From: a virus | Lineage: Duplodnaviria > Caudoviricetes | Virus record (IMG/VR): IMGVR_UViG_2600255250_000001 | Coordinates: 1 to 64,000 of that record | DNA: 64,000 nucleotides | Direction: 5' to 3' (one strand) | Shown here: one piece after another, positions 38,101 through 47,664 of the stretch | How positions within the stretch are numbered: position 1 is the stretch's first letter | Layout of the letters: each line of letters starts with the position of its first letter | Notes under the pieces: generated by a model | The model's database searches: none | Seen by the model: the letters and a program-made list of their open reading frames with translations, nothing else | Told to the model about the DNA's origin: nothing | Translations under genes and position numbers: made by a program

Positions 38101-40545
38101 GCCTGAGACCTGGGAACTGTCCTTGGGCTCGCCCTTCAGCCCAGCGATGAACGCCGCAATGTCCTTGAACTCTGGGCCAAGGGCTTTCTCGACCAGGTAA
38201 GGCAAGTTCTTGCGCTCGGTGGCACCACCGGTGATGCCGGCGACAGACGCCGCCTTGTCGCTAATGGCGTACGTGTCCGAAGTCTTCAGGGCGACATCCT
38301 GGTTGCGCTGGTTCTCTTCAAGCAACGCCTTCTCGGCCTCGATGAGCGCACCGTAGACCTTGGCGTTGCGAGAGAAGTCCTCGCTCTTAAGCCTGCCGAG
38401 GGCGTCGATCAGGTTCTGGACAGACGCCGTGCTGGTGTCGATCTCGCCGGCCAACTCCTTGAACGCCTGCTTGATTTCGAGGATTTTGGCCCGGCGCTGG
38501 AGCGGGTCGGCATCGAGAGCCGCCTTCTGACGCACAAGGTTGGTGATGGTCTGGTCGACAGCGTCGATCTGGCCGCTGGTTGCGGCGAGGTCGCCTTCCA
38601 GTTCCTGGACCTGGCCACGCAAGATGTCGACACGGTCAGCGGCTGTAAGGGCGCTTGAACCGAAGGCCGTGTAGGCGACAGCCACGGCGGCTACACCAGC
38701 GGCGATTATGACCCACGCCGGGATGGCGGCAACAGCTGCCAGCATGCCGGCGATGAGTGGGCTCGCTCCAACAGCTGCGGCGCCGAGGCCTTCCGTCGCT
38801 ACTGCGGCTGCGGCTGCCCCCGTGCGGAAAGCACCAAGCATTGGGGTGAGCTGCAAGAGGCCACGGAATACGGCTGAGGTGGTCATCAGAGCTAGACCAA
38901 CACCAGCAGCTGTGGCCGCTACGGCAATGACGTTCAGGATCGACGGATATTGGTTCAGGATGGCCAGGAAGTCGGCAGCTGCGTTCAGCAGGTTCTGCAA
39001 CACCGAAAGCAGTGGGGCGAAGGCCTTGTAGGCGATGGTCCCAACGACCGAGCCGAACTTCGCCGCCGTGTTGGCGAGCGACTCCATCTGGACCGCGTTT
39101 GCTTCCACAGCTGCGGTGCTGAGCGTGAACTCGGCCTGAAGCTTCGAAGCAAGATCCAGATTGTTGGACAGGGCCGAGTAGGTCGCCGCAGCGCGAACTT
39201 CGAAGGCGCCGAAAGCGTCGGCACTGCTGAAACCGGCGGTCTTCAGCTTGTTCAGCACATTGACCAGGCCGTTGCTCTCGATGTTCACGTCTTCCTCGGA
39301 CAGCTTCAGGCCGTCGAGGGTTTTCTTGAATTCCTTGCTTGGGTTTTGGATGTCGATCAGCAGCTGACGAAGGCCGGTGCCAAGTGTCGAGCCCGACCGG
39401 ATACCGGAGTTGGCGAGCGCGCCGAGCACGCCAGTCAATTCCTGGAAGGTCACGCCCATCTGGGCGGCGACGTTGCCGGAATACTGAAAGCCAAGGGCCA
39501 GCTTATCGATGGTCAGCTTGCTCAGGTTGAGCGCAGCGGTCATCGTATTCGCCACGTCGGCAGTCTGCTCAGTTTGCAGATTGAAGATCGACAGGACACT
39601 CGACGTTACGTCGACAGCTGAAGCCAGGTCCGTACCGGCTGCGGTCGCCAACAGGCTGATCGCACCAATCGAGTCGGCGACTTGTCGTGCCGAGAAACCG
39701 GCCTGACCGAGGATGGTCGCAGCCTTGGTAATTTCGAGTGCCGTGAACTTGCTGGCTTCAGAGACCTCAATGAGACGATCCTTCAGAACCGCCATCTCAG
39801 AGTTGGTCGTGCCGGTGATCGCCTGGAACTTGTAGAACTCGGCGTCGAGCTGCACGACGAAAGTGCTTAGGCTCTTGGCAGCATTGAACGCGAGCGAGAG
39901 CGCTTGGTAGCCGACCAGGAGGCGGCTCTGGATGCCGATGATATCGGCACCACCATTGGCGTTCATTCGCTCGGTGATGTTGCGGTTGGCTGCTGCGGCC
40001 TTGCCGTTTGCAGCTTCGAAGAGAATGCTCTCGTTCCGACGCTGATCCAGTATCGTCTTGGCGCTCAGCAGATTAGGGGAAGAGTTCTGCACCATCTTGT
40101 TGGTGCTGTAGGTTGCGTTTCGCAAGCGAGCCTGGACGGCCGCATCCATGGTGCGAAGGTTCTGTTGGAAACCCTTGACCAGTTCGTCCGTCAGACGTGC
40201 GGTAATTGCTTTGGTGGTTGACCGGGCATCGGCGATGATGGAGCGGAAGGCCGCTTCGTTGGCCTGCGAGGAGAGACCACCCTTGCCGGCAAGGCCGAAG
40301 TTCTGACCGAGAGCGGCTTCCTGGCGCTGGATGTTCCGAGTGTAGTTGGCGGACCCGGCGTTGATCTTCGCCATCGCGGAGCTGAGCTTCCCGACCATCT
40401 GGTCGGTGCGGGTCTCGATGACTTTTTGCGCTTGGAGAAGGTTGGCAGTTATGCCCTGAAGGTCGGCTTGGAGCTTTTTTAGTTCAGCGGAAGCGCGGCT
40501 TGCATCGAGACCATAATCTACATTTATGCTGCCGTCATTAGACAC
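35119..40545 (-). CDS. tail tape measure protein with C-proximal lysozyme-like domain
   Basis: 1808 aa, Ala-rich helical; TMP core (GIRSGSTLGTGLRQLL); GYSQAAAAGLVGNFITESGLDP...QW...YEKP tail-lysozyme pattern. Confidence 0.9.
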   Translation of the reverse strand: MSNDGSINVDYGLDASRASAELKKLQADLQGITANLLQAQKVIETRTDQMVGKLSSAMAKINAGSANYTRNIQRQEAALGQNFGLAGKGGLSSQANEAAFRSIIADARSTTKAITARLTDELVKGFQQNLRTMDAAVQARLRNATYSTNKMVQNSSPNLLSAKTILDQRRNESILFEAANGKAAAANRNITERMNANGGADIIGIQSRLLVGYQALSLAFNAAKSLSTFVVQLDAEFYKFQAITGTTNSEMAVLKDRLIEVSEASKFTALEITKAATILGQAGFSARQVADSIGAISLLATAAGTDLASAVDVTSSVLSIFNLQTEQTADVANTMTAALNLSKLTIDKLALGFQYSGNVAAQMGVTFQELTGVLGALANSGIRSGSTLGTGLRQLLIDIQNPSKEFKKTLDGLKLSEEDVNIESNGLVNVLNKLKTAGFSSADAFGAFEVRAAATYSALSNNLDLASKLQAEFTLSTAAVEANAVQMESLANTAAKFGSVVGTIAYKAFAPLLSVLQNLLNAAADFLAILNQYPSILNVIAVAATAAGVGLALMTTSAVFRGLLQLTPMLGAFRTGAAAAAVATEGLGAAAVGASPLIAGMLAAVAAIPAWVIIAAGVAAVAVAYTAFGSSALTAADRVDILRGQVQELEGDLAATSGQIDAVDQTITNLVRQKAALDADPLQRRAKILEIKQAFKELAGEIDTSTASVQNLIDALGRLKSEDFSRNAKVYGALIEAEKALLEENQRNQDVALKTSDTYAISDKAASVAGITGGATERKNLPYLVEKALGPEFKDIAAFIAGLKGEPKDSSQVSGYSAQIGLTKAQNTRELSTLLAQKELGNSTPELEAKIEQLTKTVDLLDALNAGLTPLLTMSTRIDASKAKLDRLNQENMLNAVKNTSEFTDLGQRVVSLSADLNRDTSRAFKETRGKSSKEILDGLNNLRDVYAGRIADIQRQGATFVNDIMKSNPDFDRAKVESMVKQYLTDATASITNRISARATSENKLYQKIQEDVLKEQQSTIDKEIQSLLKLTGKSYSKEELSIIEEAVKAKFDRKRRLTAEIFDAKIAAAGDDDNRAELELGLREDQKQINQAEQDFITSISDQAQELAVNQLKAMKDAVDADAGVLEKKIKQVIEAIRKSRPGPAMDALITQFNTMAAELAKLQVQSGSLDIQSQTLSEGSPLAKSVADRAAADMKQFIAMGYSQAAAAGLVGNFITESGLDPNAKGDVSDKTGRPTAFGKPQWRFDRWDAAQQFAADKGKSPFDSTTQNQFVDEELRTKFPQVYAALMSARTPEEAARIVMTGYEKPNADPAINHINDRIGQAITLGKGDYTADNQNIQGAITDRTKAELDATTKAIKASTSTSVKSATEQIQTLVAQSKLASDPETVKKILGSVNDQYQKIIDAKIKAFDQENAAGLKDGDEELIAQRTEMLEGLRADRNQKVAALLEEYWNQLDKKTQEPVLAAQRALDAAQLPENASKFTQNQIVGLETNVKLAERKALLDQVNAAEQLLLQIKKEQAVAEATYGKGSPEATYWLMQEIAAKQRAVDLGKQKLAIDAATAQQSPSVSAAIKSSTDAWMVQNGVMQRNARGMLEMVPLATQVGNAWGPILNNLTSSFQTLFMDLTSGTMSATEAFKAFGLSVVQSLMQAIAKALALQVVMSLIKGVGGGAGGDILGGLLGVVGMSLGGGVKGSALGELIPGNQQRDSVLRKLAPGEFVLRQSAVSAIGEDKLNTLNNLGNATRSESMTAPSNDNAKGPTTLNVWIVSPDQVPPPSPTDIVAVVADNIQRKGALKTLIQQAVAA

Positions 40546-40629
40546 TCAGGGCTCCGGTCTTGGGTGCCTCTGATAGATAGTGTTGAAAGGGGATGTCGTT
40601 ATGTTTTGGGTGAACCGGAACGGTTCACT

Positions 40630-41148
40630 CTAAGCGGCCAGACCATGCTTCGCATGGAATCCTAGTCTGGTTTTCTCCGCTTCATAAGCGTGGTGAGCAT
40701 CAAGCGCGGTGTTAAACATGCCGATGTATCTTGTGGCGATGATCGCCATAAATTTTCCCTGATGCTGAGACACGCCGGTGTAGCCCGTTGTGTTATCTTT
40801 TCTCATCGGCAAGTTTTGGTTGTTTCCAATGCTGTTTGAGTCCACCAGGTTATCAAGACGATTGTCGGTCCTCGTCCTATTGTCATGATCAACCTTGTTG
40901 GGCCAGTAGCCGTGAACCATCTTCCAGATCACTCGGTGAGCGTAGTAGGTCTTCCCGAACAAAGCTCCCGCGAGGTATCCCTCCAAAGGTGTGATAAACG
41001 CCTCCTTACCGGAGAAGCGTTTGTTCCATGTCTTATGGTCTTGCCGACGCTTGAACCAAATCGGTGCTCGCTCTCTCCAGAACAATTTGCCGGTCTCTGG
41101 GACGTAGTGCAAGAACTCGTTAAAATCTACCTCAACCAATTGAGCCAC
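40630..41148 (-). CDS. HNH-AP2 homing endonuclease
   Basis: FLHYVPETG, VDHDNRTRTDNRLDNL, DNTTGYTGV, ends KHGLAA. Confidence 0.88.
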   Translation of the reverse strand: MAQLVEVDFNEFLHYVPETGKLFWRERAPIWFKRRQDHKTWNKRFSGKEAFITPLEGYLAGALFGKTYYAHRVIWKMVHGYWPNKVDHDNRTRTDNRLDNLVDSNSIGNNQNLPMRKDNTTGYTGVSQHQGKFMAIIATRYIGMFNTALDAHHAYEAEKTRLGFHAKHGLAA

Positions 41149-41512
41149 CTATGTTAGAGAAGGCAGCAGCCAGTTCTCCAAAACTTCCGATCGCATCAGA
41201 CTCGGGTATGGCAGCGGTAGAAGACCTACCGCCACCCAAGGCCTCTTGGGCGACTAGACGGAATGACTCGAACGTTTGGTAGCCCTGAGCCAAAACAAAC
41301 TGGGTCTTCAGACTGACGATGGTCTGAAGATCGAAATGTGTATGAGACCAGAGGGTTTCTCGAAGAGAGCTAGGCTTGATGCCCAGTGCCCAGATTATGC
41401 TGTCTTCGAAGCTGAGGCCGGTGATCCAGCCAAGGAGGATGCTAGGCTGGCCAGATCGGTCTTGTGCGTCTCCGTCACCTGGACGACCTTTTTCAGTGAC
41501 CGCACGAAAAAA
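41132..41512 (-). CDS. tail assembly chaperone, frameshifted extension (gpT-like)
   Basis: -1 frame ORF overlapping the gpG-like gene; slippery T TTT TTC at 41506-41512. Confidence 0.6.
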   Translation of the reverse strand, partial: FFRAVTEKGRPGDGDAQDRSGQPSILLGWITGLSFEDSIIWALGIKPSSLRETLWSHTHFDLQTIVSLKTQFVLAQGYQTFESFRLVAQEALGGGRSSTAAIPESDAIGSFGELAAAFSNIGGSIG

Positions 41513-41796
41513 TCCATGAGGTGATCCATGGTCCACGCCAGGATCGCTTCAACGTCACTGATGGAGATGTCGAGATCGTCGAAGTCGGCCACTGGTTTCT
41601 CAACCTTGCCGCTCTTCTTGCGCTGGGCCAGGCAGGCCAGAAGGATCGATCTCCGCATTTCCGGATTGACCGGGACTGCTGCGATCTGACCAGGGTCTCC
41701 GATCAGAATCGAGAGTTCATTCAGAAGGCCGAAGGACATGAACAATTCACGTTCCACGTCGTCTTGCTTGATAGTGATGTTTGGATCTTTTGCCAC
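41395..41796 (-). CDS. tail assembly chaperone (gpG-like)
   Basis: Between major tail and tape measure genes; likely GTG start after the terminator (GGGA upstream). Confidence 0.7.
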   Translation of the reverse strand: MAKDPNITIKQDDVERELFMSFGLLNELSILIGDPGQIAAVPVNPEMRRSILLACLAQRKKSGKVEKPVADFDDLDISISDVEAILAWTMDHLMDFFVRSLKKVVQVTETHKTDLASLASSLAGSPASASKTA

Positions 41797-41816
41797 GATG
41801 TTTCCCGCGTTTGAAC

Positions 41817-41866
41817 AAAGAAAAAGCACGTCACTCATGTGGTGAGTGACGTGCTTCGGTACAAGG
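41817..41866 (-). terminator. intrinsic terminator after major tail gene
   Basis: AAGCACGTCACTCA...TGAGTGACGTGCTT followed by TTTCTTT. Confidence 0.75.
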
Positions 41867-41878
41867 AGTGTTGAAGGG

Positions 41879-42679
41879 TTAGCGCGGGAAGAGAACAGCC
41901 GCTGCTTCACCATAGAACGGATACATCGGATCGGTCGGAACGCCGGCGTAAGGCGTGAACTCGAACGGCAGATTGCCGAAGTTGTCCGTCTGGAAGCCGA
42001 CGCTCAGGCCCTTCGTGATCTTGACCCGTGGGAGCAGGATCGTGAAAGGAGAGTTGTCCTTCGGCAGGATGCCAACGACCTTGACTGCCATTTCCGCCTG
42101 GACCTGGACACCGCCGAGATCGATACGTTTGATCTTGCCGATGCGGGTGCCGATCGGGAACGTCTTGCCTGCTGGGACGCCGTAGCCCGTAGCGAAGGTG
42201 ATCGTGGTCGTGGCAGTGGCAAACACTGCCGTCAAGACCTTGGCGATGTGGACAGAGTCGTCGATGCCATCCTGAAGGAAGATGTAGTCACCGGCTGCAA
42301 GGTTGGACGTGATGTCCGAGGCCACGGTAATCACAACAGCCGCAGGGGCTGCTGCGCCACTCGAAATCCACATGGCAGGCATCGGATCGAAAGAGACGCC
42401 CGAAGCGTCGAGGCCGGCCGCGTAGGCCAGGTTTCGGACGGTGTACTCATAGACCTCACAAGCTGCCTTGATACCGTCCTGATTGCGGATCGACATCACG
42501 ACAGTGTTCTTGATACCCTGCGTCAGTTCGACGTAACCCGGATCGGACGTGAGGGTGAAGTTCTTCACCAAGCCGATGGAGTGAGTATTGGGCTGGAAGC
42601 TGTGGAGATCAGCCAGGGCGCCAACCATGACGGTCGCCGTCGAGAGTAGAAAACGGTCAGTTCTTGCAGTGCCGGCCAT
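41879..42679 (-). CDS. major tail (tube) protein
   Basis: 266 aa, biased codons, GAGGA SD, terminator downstream, precedes the chaperones. Confidence 0.75.
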   Translation of the reverse strand: MAGTARTDRFLLSTATVMVGALADLHSFQPNTHSIGLVKNFTLTSDPGYVELTQGIKNTVVMSIRNQDGIKAACEVYEYTVRNLAYAAGLDASGVSFDPMPAMWISSGAAAPAAVVITVASDITSNLAAGDYIFLQDGIDDSVHIAKVLTAVFATATTTITFATGYGVPAGKTFPIGTRIGKIKRIDLGGVQVQAEMAVKVVGILPKDNSPFTILLPRVKITKGLSVGFQTDNFGNLPFEFTPYAGVPTDPMYPFYGEAAAVLFPR

Positions 42680-42766
42680 GGTGAGTCCTCTGGTGTATCT
42701 TGCTCCTTGTAAGATAGGTGGCAGTGACTATATTGCCTAAGAGACCTCGAACCGAAATGATGAAAA

Positions 42767-42982
42767 ATGATTCGATTTACCACTACGTTGGACCCGGAGC
42801 TTTATTCGCTGCTGCAAAGCCGGTCGAACTACAATCGCCGTAGCATGAACAAAGAGATTGTCTTCCTGTTGGAGACGGCTCTCGCGGCAGAGATCGATGG
42901 CAATCTGTCAATCCTGCGGACGTTGATGGTCGCGCAGGGTGGTGTGAGTTCTATTCCTCACCCTGTGGCAGAGAGCACCTAG
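42767..42982 (+). CDS. Arc-family ribbon-helix-helix regulator
   Basis: RFTTTLDPELY...NRRSMNKEIVFLLE matches the Arc pattern. Confidence 0.8.
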   Translation: MIRFTTTLDPELYSLLQSRSNYNRRSMNKEIVFLLETALAAEIDGNLSILRTLMVAQGGVSSIPHPVAEST

Positions 42983-42985
42983 GAG

Positions 42986-43435
42986 TTACTCCTCGACCCC
43001 AAGAACTGCCTGAGCCTGGACATAAGCCCAGGGGCGAGCCTCGGAACGGGTCATGGGCACCGACGTGGTACCGTCGCTGAAGATCAGGTAGCCTTTTTCC
43101 AACGCTGAGTTGGCGTCATAAATCTTCATCTGTTTCGTGGGACGCATACGCTCGAAAATCATTGCCATGATCTTGCGTTGACGGAACAGGTTCGTATCAT
43201 CAGCGTAGGTGGACGCGGCGATGGCAAACGTCGCCTCGTACATCCCAGGCCAAAGTTCAGTAACTGCCATTGCGGTCGGGCCGATCAGATCGCAGTTTGG
43301 CAGCTCGGCCACATTGGCGTGGGTCTCCCAATCGAAGAATGCGAATTCTGTGTCGGGATAGAGTGGTCGGAGGTCGTCCAGGATGTCCTGGCAAACCTTA
43401 ACAACCGAAGCCCAAACGTCTTGAACTATCATCAC
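42986..43435 (-). CDS. putative tail terminator protein
   Basis: 149 aa; synteny upstream of the major tail gene. Confidence 0.5.
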   Translation of the reverse strand: MMIVQDVWASVVKVCQDILDDLRPLYPDTEFAFFDWETHANVAELPNCDLIGPTAMAVTELWPGMYEATFAIAASTYADDTNLFRQRKIMAMIFERMRPTKQMKIYDANSALEKGYLIFSDGTTSVPMTRSEARPWAYVQAQAVLGVEE

Positions 43436-44328
43436 TTGCCTCCCGCGCCGAATTCTGTGTAGCCACCATCACCTCTCACGGCCGTGGTGATGCTGGCGTC
43501 GAGCGCTGCTGCGATCTTGTTGGGGATGCGGAATAGGCTCCAGTATGTGAAGACTGGCTGGAGCAGAGGACGGTTGGCCAAGTTGTAGGTGCCGTTCATC
43601 GGGCCACGCAATTTCGTGATCGCGTCCTCAGACATTCCGAGAGATTTCTCGAAGCTCATGTTGTTGTTCGTGTCGCCGAGATTGCCTGAGAGCAGGCCGG
43701 GCAGGGCAGATCGTGGCGTCCTAGGCAACAACGTGATCCTAAGCCTTCCCACTGGGATAATGGCGTTCCGATTTTTGACAGGGGCGAACCGACCGCTGTC
43801 GTTGAAGGTGATCTTCACCACGCCTGTGCGCTTCACCATCTCGCGGGCTTTGGAGAGCAGCTCCTGGCGCAGCCGTCCGGTGTTGCGATAGAAGCGCTTG
43901 GCGCGATCGATGCTAAGCCCGCCTTCGATCTTCCGGCGAATGGTGCTCCTGTGGAGAGGAGCCCAGGTAATCTGTCCTCGGGCAAAGGGCTGGGTCTGCA
44001 TTTGAAACCGCTTGGTGTTCGCAACGCTTCTGGCGTTGAACCCAGCATCCGCGAAAGAGAAGACCTTCGGTGCTGTGGCGACCGACATCTGTCCCATCAT
44101 GTTCTCTGCGGCGTACTTGACGCCTTGCGCGTACTCCGTCTCGATCACCCGTTGCAGGCGACCGTTCAGGCCTTTGAGGTTGATGAGGGTTCGTTCTCTG
44201 GCAAGCCGGCCGCTCTCGTCTGCCACCGCATTGGTGATGGCTTCGGCCGCGCCTGTGCCACTGGCGTCTCTCGAACCAGAGTTCTTACCGATCCGGAATT
44301 TGATGAGGATCTTGCTCTTGCCGGCCAT
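43432..44328 (-). CDS. putative tail completion / neck protein
   Basis: Basic protein with WAPL..STIRRK and NTGRLR motifs typical of virion morphogenesis proteins. Confidence 0.55.
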   Translation of the reverse strand: MAGKSKILIKFRIGKNSGSRDASGTGAAEAITNAVADESGRLARERTLINLKGLNGRLQRVIETEYAQGVKYAAENMMGQMSVATAPKVFSFADAGFNARSVANTKRFQMQTQPFARGQITWAPLHRSTIRRKIEGGLSIDRAKRFYRNTGRLRQELLSKAREMVKRTGVVKITFNDSGRFAPVKNRNAIIPVGRLRITLLPRTPRSALPGLLSGNLGDTNNNMSFEKSLGMSEDAITKLRGPMNGTYNLANRPLLQPVFTYWSLFRIPNKIAAALDASITTAVRGDGGYTEFGAGGK

Positions 44329-44876
44329 TACTGGATTTCCGCAAGATTGACCCCGAGCACCGTGTCGAGACGCTTGACCACCATCTTGTCGATGATGTCG
44401 CCAAGTTGAATGTCCTCGTTGGTGATGACCTGACGGACCTGTTCCTTCACGCCCATCTGACCACCAGGTGGTTCTCGGGTGACGCGCTCGATCAGGACCC
44501 AGATATTGGCGAGGGCTTGCCTGCCGATGCCCTTCTGCAATTTCGTCAGAGTGTCGAGTTCCTGCACCTCACGCTCCCACAGCACAGACGTAGCCATGTG
44601 GAATAGGCGGTGGGTTCGGTAGTGGACCTGATTGTAGTCGCTCGGGGCATCGTGGTTTGCGAGGAGGAAGCGGCGGCCGGCGGGGTCGATAATCATCGAG
44701 CCGGTGTTGACCGGACACAGGTGTCGCACGCGAAGGATGAGGCGTGGATCACTGTAGTCGTAGGAGGGAACCTTTCCTTCATCCATGGCCTGCACGTCGC
44801 CAACGAATGGGAAACCACCAACGGTGGTCATCATGCTTTCAAATCTGCGGCCGGCGTTGTCCAAGCCAATGGTCAT
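44328..44876 (-). CDS. putative head closure protein
   Basis: Synteny in the head-tail joining block. Confidence 0.45.
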   Translation of the reverse strand: MTIGLDNAGRRFESMMTTVGGFPFVGDVQAMDEGKVPSYDYSDPRLILRVRHLCPVNTGSMIIDPAGRRFLLANHDAPSDYNQVHYRTHRLFHMATSVLWEREVQELDTLTKLQKGIGRQALANIWVLIERVTREPPGGQMGVKEQVRQVITNEDIQLGDIIDKMVVKRLDTVLGVNLAEIQ

Positions 44877-44880
44877 GCGA

Positions 44881-45603
44881 TTACCCCGTGATCGGGTCGG
44901 TGTCTTGGGTCAGGGCGGCGAGAGGGAGATCAACACCAGTCCGCCCCGTGGTCTCTTGCAGCGCTTCGGCATAGCGTCCCTGGGCCTGGCGTTCGACATC
45001 CGAGAAGTCACGGATCACCGGGCGCGAGAAGCCCTTCAGTCCATTCGTTTCAGTCTGTGCGATGCGCTGCTTCAGAGAGGGCAGAACGTCGAGGACGGCC
45101 TGCATGCGGATCATTTCATTGGCTGCCAGCTCGACCGTCGTTCCCGATGCCAGTGCGATGCCCAGCTCCTCAAGACCGACTTCCTTCTCGACCTTCATGA
45201 ACGCGATCATCAGATCGATTTCACTGTCTGGCAGCTCGTGCTGCTGCACACCAACGAAGCCCCGGATTTGGCCGGGGGTGACGCTGTGGTTGAGGTAAGC
45301 CGTCAAGCGGTAGGTGGTGATCTGCTGCTTGCTGACGCCGTTCATCAGAAAGTCGAATGTGACAGTTCGTTTCTCGAAGCGCCTACCGACCGCGACAGCG
45401 TTGTTCACGGCGGGGATCACGACGGAGATATTGAAGGTCGTAGGACCTGTGGTTACCGGTACATCCGTGAGGGCAGGGATAGCCACCCCTTCCTGATCGC
45501 GAACCGTGTAGGTCAACGACCCCACGGTTGGAACGACTGGGACACCCCCGTCGACGAGCGTGACCATCAGTGTGACGTTGGCGCCGTCGAGGTAATCGAA
45601 CAT
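44881..45603 (-). CDS. putative head-tail adaptor
   Basis: N-terminal beta-sandwich-like half, helical C-terminal half; synteny. Confidence 0.5.
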   Translation of the reverse strand: MFDYLDGANVTLMVTLVDGGVPVVPTVGSLTYTVRDQEGVAIPALTDVPVTTGPTTFNISVVIPAVNNAVAVGRRFEKRTVTFDFLMNGVSKQQITTYRLTAYLNHSVTPGQIRGFVGVQQHELPDSEIDLMIAFMKVEKEVGLEELGIALASGTTVELAANEMIRMQAVLDVLPSLKQRIAQTETNGLKGFSRPVIRDFSDVERQAQGRYAEALQETTGRTGVDLPLAALTQDTDPITG

Positions 45604-45605
45604 GT

Positions 45606-45956
45606 TTACTCGCCGGTCTCAACTTCGGCTTCGACCTCAGTCTCTGCCTCAACCTTGGCCTTGCCTCGACCCTTGCTCTTCGGCGCAACCTTCGTGGTCG
45701 GTTCGTCGGAATAGGCATCGAGGAACGAGGACACGGCTAGCTGGGAGTCTTCGGCCGACTTGAAGAATTCGGCGAATTCCTCGTCGGTCGCCTCGTCGGC
45801 TACATTTCCGAGGACCTTGAGCTGACCGATAGCGGCACGAGCAGAGATAAAGGGAGAACCGCGTACAACCGAGGGCCGCTCAGCCGCGACAATATCTCCG
45901 CCATTTCCAAAATCAATAAGTTGAAATGAGCCATTGGTTTCACACAAGATTTTCAT
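45606..45956 (-). CDS. hypothetical virion-associated protein
   Basis: 116 aa after the major capsid gene; GAGGA SD. Confidence 0.55.
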   Translation of the reverse strand: MKILCETNGSFQLIDFGNGGDIVAAERPSVVRGSPFISARAAIGQLKVLGNVADEATDEEFAEFFKSAEDSQLAVSSFLDAYSDEPTTKVAPKSKGRGKAKVEAETEVEAEVETGE

Positions 45957-45968
45957 TTGAGTTCCTCT

Positions 45969-46005
45969 AAAGAAAAGTCCACCGCCCAGGAGCTGAACGG
46001 TGGAC
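45969..46005 (-). terminator. intrinsic terminator after major capsid gene
   Basis: GTCCACCG...CGGTGGAC stem followed by TTTTCTTT on the - strand. Confidence 0.75.
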
Positions 46006-46028
46006 CTCTATTTCTGCGACGCGCTGGA

Positions 46029-47216
46029 TTACGCGGCGAACGTGAAAATCTGGCGAGTGTCACCGAAGGAGAGCTTGTAGCCAGTGTTCTCAGTCTTCAC
46101 GTAAGTGATGGACTGGTTCTGGATAGCGCGCTCCGACTCGTCGATGCTCGAACCGGCTTCGACCAGCTCTTCCAAGGTGTCACCCTTCGAGAAGCCCATC
46201 AGCTGGTTGGCGGGCATTGCGCTCGACAGGGCGAAGTCCACCTTGCCTTGCAGGATCGGGATGCCACCAATCTGGAAGCCGGTGGCTGCCAGGTTGTTCG
46301 CGTCCGTACGGTTGTTGGCCGAGGTTGGGATTGCGAACAGCATCAGCCAGGCCACGTAAGCGTCCCAGTTTCCAACCACGGTGTCGACCGGCACGCCGGC
46401 CTTTGCACGATTGATCAGCCAAGCCATCAAAGCCTTCCAGCTGATGACACCAGCAGCCGTACCTGTGGCCAGGGTCGCCTGAGCAACCGTGGTCGCGGCA
46501 GGGTTGACGCCGTCGCCGTTGATCAGGACGCCAGTGGCGGTCCAGACCTTCGAGCGCTCGGTCTCGCGAGCCATACGGTTCTGGAAAGGCGTGAGCATGT
46601 CTAGACGAGCCCGGCGCTGGAACTCGTAGGAGATACGATAACCACCACCATGCTTGTAGATCTTGACAGCCGTTTCGCCGGTGCGGATCGTCTTGACCGG
46701 GATACGGCCAAGCTCGGCAACTGCGCGGACCACCTGGTAGTCGGTCTCCACGTCATCGACGACGGTCGAAACCATCTCGATGCCGTTGATCGTGCGGGAC
46801 TGCGACACGAGAGCGGTGGTATTTTCCAGCTGGTCCTGACGGTACTTGTAACGCACCAGGTCGTCGATGACCTGTGGGAAGAGGGCGCGGGTGCCGGCGT
46901 ACGTCTGGAAGGTGTCGGACGCGGCTTCGAGAACGATGCCACGAGAGAAGTCATTGGCGACCGGCAGGCCAAGCAGGGCCAGAGCGGCTTCGTAGCCGGT
47001 CAGGTAGCCATCGCTGTCGCGGTAGCGCTCTGGCGTATCAGACGCCGGAACGTCGATGGCCAGGTCAAGATAGTCGCGCATGTCCAGGCCGAAGCTACGA
47101 GCTTCGTTGGTGAGCTTCAGAGCGGCACGGATCGACTCCTGCGAGTCTTCACTACGCAGGGCCGAGAGTTCATGGACACCACGGCGGCGAACCTGGGTGA
47201 GTGAAAGAGTCGACAT
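46029..47216 (-). CDS. major capsid protein
   Basis: 395 aa; VAELGRIP...KHGGGYRISYE HK97-like pattern; GGAG SD; terminator downstream. Confidence 0.8.
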   Translation of the reverse strand: MSTLSLTQVRRRGVHELSALRSEDSQESIRAALKLTNEARSFGLDMRDYLDLAIDVPASDTPERYRDSDGYLTGYEAALALLGLPVANDFSRGIVLEAASDTFQTYAGTRALFPQVIDDLVRYKYRQDQLENTTALVSQSRTINGIEMVSTVVDDVETDYQVVRAVAELGRIPVKTIRTGETAVKIYKHGGGYRISYEFQRRARLDMLTPFQNRMARETERSKVWTATGVLINGDGVNPAATTVAQATLATGTAAGVISWKALMAWLINRAKAGVPVDTVVGNWDAYVAWLMLFAIPTSANNRTDANNLAATGFQIGGIPILQGKVDFALSSAMPANQLMGFSKGDTLEELVEAGSSIDESERAIQNQSITYVKTENTGYKLSFGDTRQIFTFAA

Positions 47217-47240
47217 TGGTTTCGTTCTCCGTGGATTTGA

Positions 47241-47645
47241 TTAGAGCTTGACGACGGTGGCGACGAGGCCAACGACTTCAACGACCATGTTTGCATTAAG
47301 GTCAGTGACACCAGCCGGCTTGACTTCGCCGGCACCGGCGCCAACCACAGAGCCGCCGACCACGACCACCTGGCCGACTTTGATCGGCAGAGTGTTGGCG
47401 AACTTCAGCTCGACTGCGCCGACAAGGGTGCCTTCGATGGTGCGGTCTTCTACGGTCGCGAGGCGACCGACGATGTAGTCGCCATCACCAGCGAGCTTGA
47501 CCGTGTTTGCAGCCGCAGCGCTAATCGCAACAGCCTTGCCTACGTCAGCGGCAACAATGCCGGCCGTAAGCTTGAAGGTCAGGCTGAAGTCTTCGAAGTG
47601 AAAACCTGCGAGACTGACGTTAGTGTGGAAAGGAGTGCCGGCCAT
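47241..47645 (-). CDS. capsid decoration / head cement protein
   Basis: 134 aa, Val/Gly/Ala-rich, between scaffold and capsid genes. Confidence 0.6.
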   Translation of the reverse strand: MAGTPFHTNVSLAGFHFEDFSLTFKLTAGIVAADVGKAVAISAAAANTVKLAGDGDYIVGRLATVEDRTIEGTLVGAVELKFANTLPIKVGQVVVVGGSVVGAGAGEVKPAGVTDLNANMVVEVVGLVATVVKL

Positions 47646-47664
47646 TGTTCAAAATCTCCGTGGA

